In this document: positions 24,055 through 36,768 of the stretch, in pieces
Layout: every line of letters begins with the position of its first letter
Position numbering within the stretch: position 1 is the stretch's first letter
Origin: Squalus acanthias
Taxonomy: Eukaryota
Length of the DNA stretch: 64,000 nt
Assembly: GCA_030390025.1 (NCBI GenBank)
Contig: CM059432.1
Location: 86,058,001 to 86,122,000 of the forward strand
Direction: 5' to 3'
Notes under the pieces: model-generated
What the model saw: the letters and a program-made list of their open reading frames with translations, nothing else
What the model was told of the DNA's origin: nothing
Database searches by the model: none
Translations under genes and position numbers: made by a program

Positions 24055-25140
24055 TAACAATGTAACAATATCAACAGAAAATGCTGGAAATATTCAGCAG
24101 GTCAGGCAGCATCTGTGGAGAGGGAAACAGTTAACGTTTCAGGTCGGTGACCTTTCATCAGAACTGGAAAATGTTACAGATGTAACCGGTTTTAAGCAAG
24201 TACCGAGACTGGGTAAGGCGGGGATGGAGGGGGCGCAGAGAAAAGAACAAAAGGATAGGTCTGTGATGGGGTGAAAGGCAGGAGTGATTAAATGACAAAA
24301 TGGATGATGGTGCCAGGCAAAAGACTCTATTCTCAGTTTCTCCGTCACATCTGCTCTAATGCAACCTTCCACACCAGTGCTTCCGATACATCTTCCTTAG
24401 TCCTCAACTGAGGATTCCCCTCCACCGTGGTTGACAGAACCCTCAATCTTGCCTGTCCCATTTCCTGCACTTCTGCCTTTAGCCCTTCCCCTCCTTCCAA
24501 GAACCACAATAGGGTTCCCCTTGTCCTCACTTTCCACCCCACCAGCCTCTATATTCAACAGACCATCCTCCACCATTTCCGCCACCTCCAGCGTGATCCC
24601 ACCACCAAACACATCTTCTCCCCCACTCCCCTTTCGGCATTCCGAAGGGACTGTTCCATCCGCAACACCCTGGTCCACTCTTCCATCACCCCAAACACCT
24701 GTTCCCCTTCCCATGCAAGCGCAGGAGATGCAACCATCTGCCCTTTCACCTCCTCCCTTCCCACCATCAAGGTGAAACAGCGATTTACTTGTACTTCTTT
24801 CAAGTTAGTATACTGTATTCTCTGCTCACGATGCAGTCTCCTCTACATTTGGGAGACCAAACACAGATTGGGTGATCGCTTTGCTGAACACCTCCGTTCA
24901 GTCTGCAAGCGTGACCCTGAGCTTCCGGTTGCTTGCCATCTTAACTCTCCGTCCCACTTCCACTCTCACTCTGACCTCTCTGTACTTGACCTCCTGCACT
25001 GTTCCAATGAAGCTCAATGGATGATCACTGCTCCCATTTTTTCGGACAGCAGGTGCTGGTAATGATTCTGCTGTTGCCATTTACACCTCCTCTAGACCCA
25101 TCTTTTGTTTCTTTACATTTTCCAGTTCTGATGAAAAGGC
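24055..25140 (+). mobile_element. Penelope-like element 3' part (GIY-YIG endonuclease) preceded by an inverted pseudo-LTR
   Basis: ORF 24427-25062: RVPLVLTFHP...FTCTSFKLVYCILCSRCSLLYIWETKHRLGDRFAEH...PVACH. 24060-24320 is an inverted copy of the terminal repeat. Confidence 0.85.
24128..24166 (-). ncRNA. Minimal type I hammerhead ribozyme motif
   Basis: CAGTT-CTGATGA-A-AGGTC(ACC)GACCT-GAAA-CG-TT-AACTG on the minus strand. Confidence 0.7.
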
Positions 25141-25874
25141 ACGCATGCACACGTTAATTTTAACATATATATGGAAATGATTTTGTTGTGTTTAGATAAG
25201 ATATTTTTGTTTGTTGGGTTATGGCAGATACCAGCCAATGCACTGTGTATTTCAGTAGCAATATCCACAGTGAAGAATGAATTAGGATGTACAGCTTTAA
25301 TTAGTTTATTTAACAGTTGATTACTAGAAAATGATTCTGCTGTACATATAAATAATGATCGCTACTATTAAATAAAAAATATTTTTTCTGTCATTCTACA
25401 CCTTGCTTAGTCTGCGAGGGAAAAAAAGCGGAAGACTGAGTAGAGACCAGGCATTTTTCTGCAAAATGGATAAATGTTAAAGATAGACTAGTATTACGTA
25501 TTTCCTAGGTACAGATTAAAGTGCATCCTTGGCAGAAATCTTGGAACTCTGCTGAGAATGATGCATGCCATATGAGAAGGGGGGAAATGCATTAATTGAA
25601 TGGGGCAGATAATGCGATAGTGTTCCCAAAGCACTTTAGTCCACATTATTGGGCTCTGCTCAATGAATTCCATAATGCGTTGCGACTACATAGTTGGTGC
25701 GTAGAACCTTGGCAGCAAATGTGTGCAAGACTCATTAACTATTCAGTTTCTTTTTAACTTGGGCCAAAGGCCTGTAATATAACTAAAGAGTCTGAGTGGT
25801 GCTCCAGAAGTTAAGCACCTATTTGGAATGGGCACTTCAGGAGAAGCCTGTCCAAATATTGTAACGTTTTCTTT

Positions 25875-25931
25875 AGGATGGCCCTTTCCTACTAACAGGA
25901 TGGCCCTTTCCTACTAACAGGATAGCCCTTT
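25875..25931. repeat. 22-bp tandem repeat, about 2.6 copies
   Basis: aggatggccctttcctactaac twice, then aggatagcccttt. Confidence 0.9.
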
Positions 25932-26425
25932 GTTTATGTTGCATGCTACGTCTAGTCTCCAAAGGCCAATGATCAATTGTCAATGATCTTTGTTTTCAAA
26001 AAAAATGTTGGTGCTGTCAAGGCAACCAATAGCCATTTAATTGCTGGCGCCCAACTTTCAGACCCGAGTGGTGCTCCCAGGGCATCATTCACAAAATGCC
26101 AGGAATGCCATTAATATGTTCAAATTTACTGACTTTGTATTATTCTATAAGGTCAGTTCATTTGGATACAAGCATATGCAAGACCTTGCACCGCACTGGG
26201 ACGCCATTATACACCCCAGTGTGTTAATAAAGCCTAACATTTTCCCACAAGCAAAGAGCACCCATTGCTGTCACAGTACATTTTCCTGCTTTGTTTAACA
26301 ATCACAAGTTTCAGAGTTGTTTCATTACTAATGTATTAATGTAGAAGAAACTGGTTATATTGCCTTGGCATTTGATATCAGAACTAACATTTATTGTAAC
26401 TCTGTCCATTTGGTTTCTTCTCTAG

Positions 26426-26605
26426 GTTATCCACACTGCATTTACGAACAGTACAGTACTTATTATTGCTCATCGTATATGCACTATTATGGATTGTGAG
26501 AGAGTTCTAGTTATGGAACAAGGGAGGATTGTAGAAGATGGAGATCCAAAGATCCTACAACAAAATAATAGTTTCTTTGCTAAATTAGTCAAGGGAGCCA
26601 AATGA
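26426..26605 (+). CDS. ABCC family transporter, terminal coding exon (H-loop and C-terminus)
   Basis: Pyrimidine tract and TAG acceptor ending 26425; 180 nt, phase 0: VIHTAFTNSTVLIIAHRICTIMDCERVLVMEQGRIVEDGDPKILQQNNSFFAKLVKGAK*. Absent from the ORF track. Candidate poly(A) signals at ~26884 (ATTAAA) and 27221 (AATAAA). Confidence 0.93.
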   Translation, partial: VIHTAFTNSTVLIIAHRICTIMDCERVLVMEQGRIVEDGDPKILQQNNSFFAKLVKGAK

Positions 26606-28606
26606 TGATGACCAGGCATGTAGTGCAATTGCTAAAATGTTGCATGTATTTTTTAAATGCTGTATAGTGGGAAATACCAGCAAGAGGAATCCTTGCCAAA
26701 AAAAGTTATTCTATGGAATAGAAAAAAATGTATCAATGTTTTTTTTTAAAAACACTTAATTATTCATTGAATCCAAAGTAATTTGAGAGAATTTCATTTT
26801 GGTGCTTTTTGTGAAAGTGGTAGATCAAATTTCCCACTATATGGTATTGTCCATTAATGGTTTTCTAGATCATTTTTACTTTGATTAAAATATTATAAAT
26901 TGTCTTTATAAAAAGACTGAATTGTGCATAGGTATGTGACTGAATTTATTTACACATATTTGTTTTTTGTGGCCACTCCTAAAATTGACATTGTAAAAAT
27001 TAGCAGCCTTCCAATTTATAAACTGTATGTCGCTTGACACTTTCCCAGGACCAGCTGTGAGGGATACAAAATGAGAAATACACTCACTTCATTACAATAG
27101 ACTCATGGGGTGACTCCCGGTGAGACCTGATTAGAGTTTCTCCATTGAATATAATGGAGCTCCTGCTGGGACAAGGTAAATGATGTTCCACTGAGAAAAC
27201 ATAACAGTTGGTAGAAGTTTAATAAAAAAACAATCTGAGATAATGGGTTACTTTTCTTTTCACATTATGGGTGAGTAAAGGAACTTAGGAAACCCTTGGG
27301 CCTAGATTTTTTTTTTCTATCCAAGATAATAGGGAACAGTTTTATAAAAACAAGACATTCGGCAAATGAGCAAGATTTAAATAGCAAACTGGACACTAAT
27401 AGATTCAGATTGTTTATGAAAAAAATCAACTGCCTACATTGTTTGGCATATACACCAAATTTAACACAAGATCAAGAACATAAATTATAAAAACCTGCCT
27501 TTTCACTAGCTGTCCAATGTGCTCTGAATGTAAATACACATTATTTCAACATACTTTTCAAACTTAAATTAATCTTTATTACATTGAAACAAAGCATAAA
27601 CAAATATTTCATTATTGGCCTCAGAAGTATTCTGACTACTTTCAACTGTGATGACGTTTACTATGTAACCAAATATCACATACTTCCTATGTTCTTCTCC
27701 ATTCAAGCGTTATGAACAAAAATAAGTGTAAAAATAACAAAATACTCCAACTTAAAGCATGTAAAATATTTAAGGAACTCTTGAAAACAAAAAAAATCCT
27801 TTCCAGACTTGGAATTCAACTCCACTGCCTACAATCTCCAATATCACAAATCTGCATGAATGGCTCACATGATAAATATAAAGTTTGATTGACAACCTGT
27901 GCTGAGTTAAACAATCTCAGCTGGGTAGCAGTTAGTCTTGATTCTTTGGACCTGAGATGGTCAAATAACCTACTGACCTAGGTTCACTCATCAAGCATGG
28001 CTATATGGGCAAGACTGCAACTCGTGGAACTGGATCACAGAAAAAATCAGCACCTTCAAGAAGGAAGCACATTACGAAATACTTTAAAAATGAAAAAGTC
28101 TTTCAACTGTCCTATTTATCCCTGATAACCAACATCTCCAGGGGAGTGGGACTATTTGGATAGCTCTGTCAAAGAGCTTACACAGGCATGATGGGCCGAA
28201 TGGCCTCCTTCTGCTGTGCAAGATTCTATGCTTTCTGTCTGAATGTATTAGCAACTCAGTCTTAATAAAACAATATCTTTGTTATTAACATATATATAAA
28301 CATGGGATGAGAAAAAGCCATTCAGCCCTGTTCCACCAAGCTTGCCCATTTTCAATACAAAATGATTTCATGTAAAATGTAATAATGCAGTTGGTGTTGT
28401 GGTCCTCATTAAAGTAATCTGTAATCTTTAACTCATTCACTTCATTTGTCCAGATCCTCTGAATTGTATAAATCTCCTTTTCACAAGTTAGTTGGCCAGC
28501 TTAGTGTTATCAGCAAATGTTACTGTATTACGAGAAAGATGAGATTGTTCCTGAAGCTTGTATTGAGCAACCGTCTGATTTATTACTTGACTGATCTGTA
28601 ACATCA

Positions 28607-28608
28607 TA

Positions 28609-28653
<45 letters not shown>

Positions 28654-28670
28654 GTGATATATATATATAG
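28607..28670. repeat. (TG)n(TA)n microsatellite
   Basis: Direct reading. Confidence 0.95.
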
Positions 28671-28684
28671 CGTGTATGTGTTTA

Positions 28685-30040
28685 AGTAAACCAGGAAACT
28701 ACAGGCCAGTCAGCCTAACATCGATGGTGGTAAAGTTATTGGAAACCATTATCAGGGACAAAATAAACTTTCATTTGGAAAGGCACAGATTAATCAAGGA
28801 GAGCCAGCATGGATTTGTGAAAGGCAAATCGTGTCTGACTAACTTGATTGAATTCTTTGACGAGGTAACAGAGAAGGTTGATCAGGCAGTGCAGTAGATG
28901 TATATATGGACTTTCAGAAGGCATTGGACAAAGTGCCACACAGGAGGCTTATCAAGAAGATAGTAGCCCATGGAATTAAGGGGAAAGTATGGATATAAAA
29001 TTGGCTCAGTGACAGGAAGCAAAGGGTGGTGGTGGATGAATGTTTTTCAGACTGGGGGGTGGTTTGCAGTGGATCCATTACTCTCAAATTTTATAAACGA
29101 CCTAAACTCAGGTGTAGGGCGCAGCATTATAAAGTTTGCAGATGATACAAAACTTGGCAAAGTAGATAGTGATGTGGAGAGTTATAGGCTTCAGAATGAC
29201 AGACAGGATGGTGAAATGGGCAGAAGCATAACCGATGGAGTTCAATGCGGAGAAGTGTGAAGTGATGCACTTTGTGATGACCAATATGGAAAGACAGTAT
29301 ACTATAAATGGCACGATTTTGAAAAGTGTAGATGAGCAGAGAGACCTTGGTGTCCATATACATAAATCCTTAAAGGTGGCAGGGCAAGTTGATGTGGTGG
29401 TTAAAAAAACATATGGGTTACTTTGGTTTATAAATATAAAAGCAAAGTGATAATGCTAGAACTTTATAAAATACTGGTTAGGCCTCAGCTGGAGTATTGT
29501 GGACAATTTTGGGCACCACACTTCAAGAAAGATGTAAAGGCCTTAGAGGGGCTACAGAGAAGATTTACCAGGATGTTACCAGGGATGAGGGATTTCAGTT
29601 TTGAGGAGAGGTGGAAAAATTAGGACTGTTCTCCTTGGAACCGAGAAGGTTAAGAGGTGACATAATAGAGGTTAAGATGATGAAAAGTTTTGATAGAGTA
29701 GATAGAGACAAGCTATTCCCTCGGGTGAGTGGGTCAATAACCAGAGGTCGTAGATTCAAAATCATTGGCAAAAGATCTAGATGGAAGATGAGGAGAAATT
29801 TTTTCACTGCGTGTTGTTGGGATCTGGAATGCTCTACCTAAAAAGGTGGTGGAAGCTGATTCCATAAATTGTTTTAAAGGGAGTTATGTTCTTATGTTCT
29901 AGTTGGACAGGTACTTGATGAGGAACTTACAGGGTTACGGACAAGAAGCGGGGATGTGGGACTAAGCACAACTGCTCTTTCTAAGAACCAACACAAGCAC
30001 GACGGGCTGAATGGCCTGTGCTGTAAGTTTCTATGATTCT
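28685..30040 (+). mobile_element. CR1 LINE, 3' half
   Basis: [24 protein letters not shown] and a CR1 tail (ctgtgctgtaagtttctatgattcta). Confidence 0.88.
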
Positions 30041-30044
30041 ACAA

Positions 30045-30915
30045 TAATTGGTTTAGCCATTCATCGCCAGATCTGGTTGGACCACATAAAGCACTATTGG
30101 GTCCTGCTCTTCTCTGCCAAAACAGCTCACTATTCCATAATTATCCTGACAATTTAAAATAAAGACATTGCCGGACCGGCACCCAATGTAGGTCAACGAG
30201 CACAGGGGTGATGAGCGAACGGGACTTGGTGCGAGTTACGATACGGGCAGCAGAGTTTTGGATGATCCAGGATTATCCTGGAATACAAAGATAACCCCCA
30301 GCTTCTCCTCACTACAAACCGTCTTCTTACACCCCTGTCCTCTGCACCCTCTACCCTCACGTCCAGCAAGTGCGAGGATATCATGGACTTCTTTGCCACT
30401 GAGATTGAAACCATCCGATCAGCTGCCTCTGCCGCTTCCCTCCCTTCTCCTAGCCCACTGGGCCAAACTTCCCCTAAGTTTCCCCCCTGCTCTCGCCCTG
30501 AACTCACATCTTTTTCTAGTTTCTGCCCTATCTCCCCGCATGCCCTCTCCAAGCTCATCTTGTCTATGAGACCCACCTCCTGCTCCCTCGACCTTATTCC
30601 CACCAAACTGCTGACCAGCCAACTTTCCCATCCTAGGCCCCATGTTAGCTGATATTGTAAACGTTACCTCTCAGATAGTGTCCCCCTCCCCTTCAAATCT
30701 GCCATCACTCTTCCCGCTCCCACACCATTATCTCTGGTGTCCCCCAAGGATCTATCCTTGGCCCTTTCCTATTTCTCATCCACATGCTGTCCCGCAGTGA
30801 CATCATCCAAAAACACATCAGGTTCCACATGTACCCTGACGACACCCAGCTCTACCCCACCTCGACCACACTCTGCCCCTCCAATGCCTGTGATTTGTCA
30901 CGCTGCTTGTCTGAC
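30045..30915 (+). mobile_element. L2-like LINE fragments
   Basis: PTSCSLDLIPTKLL, GVPQGSILGP-like and HMYPDDTQLY remnants. Confidence 0.7.
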
Positions 30916-31594
30916 AAACATAAGAACATAAATAGGAGCAGGAGTAGGCCATTTGACCCCTTGAGCCTGCTCCGCCATTCAATAAGATCATGGCTGATCT
31001 TCTACCTCAACTCCACTTTCCTGCACTTTCCCTATATCCCTTGATTCCCTTCATATCCAAAAATCTATCGATCTCTGTCTTGAATATACACGACGACTGA
31101 GCCTCCACAGTCCTCTGGGATAGAGAATTCCAAAGATTCACCACCCTCTGAGTGAAGAAACTTCTCCTTATCTCAGTCCTAAATGGCCAACCCCTTAATC
31201 TGAGACTGTGACCCCTAGTTCTAGACTCCCCAGCCAGGGGAAACATCCTCCCTGCATCTACCCTGTCAATCCCTGTAAGGATTTTGTATGTTTCAATGAG
31301 TTCACCTCTTATTCTTCTAAACTCCAGAGAATATAGGCCTAGTCTACTCAATCTGTCCTCATAGGACAATCCCCCCATCCCAGGAATCAGTCTGGTGAAC
31401 CTTTGTTGCACTCCCTCTATGGCAAGTATATCCTTCCTTAGGTAAGGAGACAAAAACTGTACACAATACTCCAGGTGTGGTCTCACCAGGGCCCTGTATA
31501 ATTGCATGATGTGGAGATGCCGGCGTTGGACTGGGGTGGACAAAAATGAGAAGTCGCACAACACCAGGTTATAGTCCAACAGATTTATTTAATT

Positions 31595-31633
31595 TTACAA
31601 GCTTTCGAAGCAGTTCGCTCCTTCGTCAGGTAA
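31595..31633 (-). ncRNA. Minimal hammerhead ribozyme motif, mirror copy
   Basis: Exact reverse complement of 31665-31703. Confidence 0.7.
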
Positions 31634-31664
31634 GTTAGCAATGAGAGATTCTCTCATTGCTAAC

Positions 31665-31703
31665 TTACCTGACGAAGGAGCGAACTGCTTCGAAAGCTTG
31701 TAA
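31665..31703 (+). ncRNA. Minimal hammerhead ribozyme motif
   Basis: TTAC-CTGACGA-A-GGAGC(GAACT)GCTTC-GAAA-GC-TT-GTAA. Confidence 0.7.
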
Positions 31704-34224
31704 AATTAAATAAATCTGTTGGACTATAACCTGGTGTTGTGCGACTTCTCATTTCTGTATAATTGCAGTAAGACATCTTTACTCTTATTCTCAAATCCTC
31801 TTGTAATAAAGGCCAACATACCATTTGCTTTCTTAATTGCTTGATGTACCTGCATGTTAACTTTCTGTGATTCGTGTACAAGGACACCCAGGTCCCTCTG
31901 AACACCAACATTTCCCAATCTCTCACCATTTAAAAAATACTCTGCTTTTCTATTTTTCCTGCCAAAGTGGATAACTTCACATTTCTCCACATTATATTCC
32001 ATTTGCCATGTTCCTGCCCACTCACTTAGCCTGTCTACATCTCCTTGAAGCCTCTTTGCAACCTCCTCACAACTTACATTCCCACCTAGCTTTGTATCAT
32101 CAGCAAACTTGGATATATTACATTTGGTCCCCTCATCCAAATCATTGATATAGATTGTGAATAGCTGAGGCCCAAGCACTGATCCTTGCGGTACCCCACT
32201 AGTTACAGCCTGCCAACCCAAAAATGAGCTGTTTATTCCTACTCTCTGTTTTCTGTCCGTTAACCAATCCTCAATCCATGCTAGTATATTACCCCCAATC
32301 CCATGAGCCCTAATTTTGTTTTATAACCTCTTGTGTGGCACCTTATTGAATGCCTTCTGAAAATCCAAATACCCCACATCCACTGGTTCCCCCTTATCTA
32401 TTCTGCTTGTTACAACCTCAAAAAACTCTTAACAGATTCGTCAAACACTATTTCCCTTTCATAAATCCGTGTTGACTCTGCCCAATCCTATTATTATTTT
32501 CGAAGTGCCCTGTTACCACATCCTTAATAATAGATTCCAGCATTTTCCCTACTACTGATGTCAAACTAACTGATCTGCAGTTCCCCGTTTCTCTCTCCCT
32601 CCTTTCTTAAATAGTGTGTTTACATTTGCTACCTTCCAATCCGCGGGAACCGTTCTAGAAGCTATTGAATTTTGGAAAATGACAACCAATGCATCCACTA
32701 TCTCTATAACCACCTCTTTCAAAACCCTAGGATGTAGGCCATCAGGTCCAGGTGATTTATCAGCTTTCAGTCCCATTAATTTCTCCAGTACTATTTTTTT
32801 ACTAATACTAATTTCTTTCAGTTCTTCATTCTCTCTAGACCCTTGGTTCTCCACTATTTCTGGGAGGTTTTTTGCGTCTTCTTGCGTGAGTCTCTCTGTC
32901 CCTTCCTGGCCCACTCTGCTTATTTTTACCAAAACTCTGCTCTGCTTGAGAGCCCTGACATTTCTCTTGCTGCTTTTAAATTTACTCTTTCCTGAATCCT
33001 CCAGGTGGTCTAAAGCCCTGTCTACTGCCCACGTTATTCGATTCGCCAGGACACTGGTTCCAGCCCGGTTTAAGTGGAACCCGTCCCAATGGAACAGCTC
33101 CCTCTTTCCCCAGTACTGGTGCCAGTGACCCATGAAGCAAAACCCCTGCCTCCCACACCACTCTTTTAGCCACACATTTAACCTTCTAATCTGCTTATCC
33201 CTATGCCAATTGGCGCATGGCTCAGGTAACAATCCAAAGATTATTACCTTTGAGGTTCTGTTTTTTAATTTGGTCTCAAACTCTCTCAGCAGAACCTCAC
33301 TCCTAGTTCTACCTATGTCGTTGGTTCCTACGTGGACCACGACAACTGGATCCTCCCCTTCCCACTCCAATTTCTTCTCCAGCCACGAGGAGATGTCTTT
33401 AACCCTGGCACTGGGCAGACAACACAACCTTCGGAACTCCCGGTCGTGGTTGCATAGAACAGTATCTATCCCTCTGACTATACTGTCCCCTACCACAACT
33501 ACATTCCTTTTCACTGCCCCCACTTGAATGGCCTCCTGCGCTATGGTGCCATGGTCAGCTTGCTCATCCATCCTGCAGGCTTTTTCCTCATCCACACAGG
33601 CAGCAAGAACCTCATACCTGTTGGATAAGGACAAATGCTGAGGTTCCTCCAGCATTTCACCTGGGGTCCCCTTACCTGCCTGAGTTGCAGTCACACCCTC
33701 CTGTCCCTGACCACTAACCAGACCTGTACCACTACCTAACCTAAGGGGTGTGACTGCCTCCTGGATCAAAGTGTCCAGGTAACTCTTCCCCCTTCCTGAT
33801 GTCCCGCAATGTCTGCACCTCAGACTCCAGCTCAACAGCTCTGAGCTGAAGTTCCTCGAGATGCAGACACTTACTGCAGACATGGTTGTCCGGGATCACA
33901 ATGCTCTCCCCAACTCCCACATGCTGCAGTTGAGGCACATCACCTGCAAGGCCATCCCTATATGATCTTGTTCTAGTTAATTAAATTTAATTTAAATTTG
34001 TATTTAAGTAACTTAGTTTACAGTTTAGTTTCTTGACTACCTAATTGATCTAGATTAAGTTATGGGTAATGAAATTAAGTATCTACCTGTAACACAAAGC
34101 ACTACAAGTAGTGTAGGCAAAAAGCAGCAACTCCTTCCCCCTCTTCTCCGAATTCCCACTCTTTCCAAATTCCCAAATGAAACACTCTGTTTACGTGCAC
34201 TCCGTTTAATTCCGTCCACTCTGT

Positions 34225-35023
34225 GCAGACCACTTGTCTTCGGTCCCTGCCACAAACTCCATTCCCTAGCCACTGACACCATCCCTTGCCCTGGCCACTG
34301 TCTGAGGCTGATCCAGACCGTTCGCAACTGTAGCGGCCTATTTGAACCTGAGATGAGCTTCCGACCCCATATCCTCTTCCTTAACATCGCCCATCTCCGC
34401 CCTGCCTCAGCTCATCTGCAGCTGAAACCCTCATCCATGCCTTTGTTACCTCTGGACTCGACTATTCCAATTGCTCTCCTGTCCGGCCTCCCACCTTGCC
34501 ACCTCCATAAACTTGAGCTCATCCAAAACTCTACTGCCCGTATCCTAACTCGCACCAAGTCCCGTTCACCCATCTCCCTTGTGCTTGTTCACCTACATTG
34601 GCTCTGGTCCAGCAATACCTCGATTTTAAAATTCTCATTCTTGTTTTCAAGTCCCTCCATGGCCTCGCCCCTCCTTATCTCTGTAACCTCCTCCAGTCAA
34701 CAACCCTCAGAGATCTCGGCGCTCCTCCAATTCTGGCCTCTTGCGCATCTCCGATTTTCATTGCTCAACCATTGGCGGCCGTGCCTTCAGCTGCCAGAGC
34801 CCTAATATCTGGAATTCCCTCCTCAAACCTCACCATCTCTCTACCTCCTTCCTCCTTTAAAAAGCTCCTTAAAACCTACCTCTTTGACCAAGCTTTTGAT
34901 CACTTGTCCTCATATCACCTTATGTGATTCGGTGTCAAATTTTATATGATAGCTGTCCTGTGAAGTGCCTTGGAACATTTTACTATGTTAAAGGCACTGT
35001 ATAAATGAAAGTTGTTGTTGTTG
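34225..35023 (+). mobile_element. L2-like LINE 3' end
   Basis: LELIQNSTARIL, FKILILVFKSLHGLAPPYL, FKKLLKTYLF; (GTT)n tail. Confidence 0.85.
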
Positions 35024-36768
35024 ATTGACGGCGCCTTGGTTTAACATCTTATCCGAAAGACGGCATCTCCAACAGTACTGCACTAAAATTCCCGCAGTAA
35101 AATCTCTCTGTTTCTCTGAGGAAACTCCCTTAGGACTGTACTAAAGTGTCAGCCTAGATCTTGTGCTCAAGTCTCGGGTAACTATAGGCCCATTAGTTTA
35201 ACATCAGTAATAGGTAAGATGCTTGAACGAATTATTAGGGATGCAATATATGAATACTCGGATAGAGAGGGACATATTACGGACACTCAACATGGCTTCA
35301 TAAAATCTAATTGTATTTTTTAAAGAAGTTACAAAGTTGGTGGATGAAGGAAGTCCAGTAGACATTGTCTACTTAGATTTCCAAAACGCTTTTGATAAGG
35401 TACCACATAAGAGGCTTCTCTATAAGATCGAAGCCTCCGGTATTAGTGGTAATATATTGAGCTGGATTGAAAACTGGCTGGCAGGATGTAGGCAAAAAGT
35501 AGTTATAGATGGATTGGGATCTGTTTGGAGACCAGTCACCAGTGGTGTCCCACAGGGATCAGTGTTGGGACCAGTGCTCTTTACTATTTTTATTAATGAT
35601 CTGGATGTAGGTGTTGGGGGCACAATCTGCAAATTTGCAGATGATACCAAGATCTGTGCGGGTGTTAGAACTGCAGATGATGCTCGTCTGCTTCAGGCAG
35701 ATCTTAATGTGTTGGGAGATTGGACTCGACTGGGAAATGATGTATAACTTGGATAAGTGCAGTGTTATGCATGTGGGCAGGGCAAATGCTCAACATTCAG
35801 GGAAAGACATTAAAGATGGTGGAGACAGAAAGAGATTTGGGCATTCTAGTGCATACATCCTTAAAGGTACATGAACAATGCCGTGTAGCAATAGCTAGAG
35901 CAAATCGGGTGTTGGGGTGTATCCATAGGACAATTAAGTACAAGACAGGGCATACTGTTTTGTCCTTGTACAAGACCTTAGTCAGGCTGCACTTGGAATA
36001 CTGTCTCCAGTTTTGGTCTCCTCACATGGTGGGTGATATTGAGGCTTTGGAAAGGTTGCAGAAGAGAGCCACTGGACTAATTCCCAGTCTAAAGCATCTT
36101 AGTTATCAAGGTAGGCTAAAAGAGTTGGCACTCTCTACCTTAGAGAAGCGTAGACTTAGGGGGGGATCTGATTGAGGTTTATAAGATAATGAAGGGAATA
36201 GATTGTGTTCCAGTTGACAGTTTATTTCAATTAAATAGGTTAGGTAGAACCAGGGGTCAGAATTTTAAGTTGTATAAGGCCAGATCTAGGTTAGATGTCA
36301 GGAGGTGGTTCTTTTCCCAGAGAATAGAGGAACTCTGGAACAGGCTGCCGTCTCGTGTGGTGGACGCTGACTCATTGAATTCCTTCAAGCGAGAGCTGGA
36401 TTTGTTTCTGGCTGGGGCGGAGATCACCTCTTACAGAAGGTAGGTACTGCAGAGAATTCAGGGCCAGAGTGATCTCCTGGACTAGTTTCAATCGCCTAGA
36501 TGGGTCGGAGAGGAATTTCCCAGATTTCTTTTCCCCAAATTGGCCTGGGTTTTTTAATCTGTTTTTTGCCTCTCCCAGGAGATCACATGGTTTCGCGTGG
36601 GGTGGAGTGGATATGTTGTGTTACACAAGGTATTGCAATTGTGTGGGGCAGGCTCGATGGACCAGATGGTCTTTACCTGTCTGTCATTGTTGTTTGTCCC
36701 TGGAGTGGAGCTTGAACCCATGACCTCTGACTCAAAGGCAAGAGCGCTACCACTAAACCACGGCTGAC
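35024..36768 (-). mobile_element. tRNA-headed Deu-domain SINE (SacSINE1-like), split by a CR1 insertion; parts 36696-36768 and 35024-35175
   Basis: Minus-strand A box TGGTTTAGTGG and B box GGTTCAAGC; Deu-like GGAGATGCCGTCTTTCGGATAAGATGTTAAACC. Confidence 0.7.
35178..36695 (+). mobile_element. CR1 LINE 3' part, divergent subfamily with longer 3' UTR
   Basis: ORFs 35337-35747, 35762-36175 and 36189-36443 with CR1 RT motifs. Confidence 0.88.

Larger units (their letters stand above)
31507..31754. mobile_element. 248-bp Penelope-type inverted pseudo-LTR cassette containing a perfect palindrome
   Basis: 13-bp TSD CTGTATAATTGCA (31494-31506, 31755-31767); perfect 105-bp arms 31544-31648 and 31650-31754; 37-nt unpaired extension 31507-31543. 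Confidence 0.9.
30916..33960 (-). mobile_element. CR1 LINE with ORF1 (Zn finger, SGNH esterase) and internally deleted ORF2
   Basis: CSKCLHLEEL; VVVGDSIVRG, VHVGTNDIG, DGFHLN; joined directly to the pre-RT region; RT ORFs 31724-32221 and 31007-31579. Confidence 0.9.

Noticed and set aside
32561..33883. 440-aa ORF that looks like a novel esterase-RT fusion
   Set aside because: It is CR1 ORF1 joined in frame to mid-ORF2 by an internal deletion in a decayed copy.
36696..36768. tRNA gene
   Set aside because: A/B boxes are present, but the sequence continues into a SINE body and has no clean cloverleaf.
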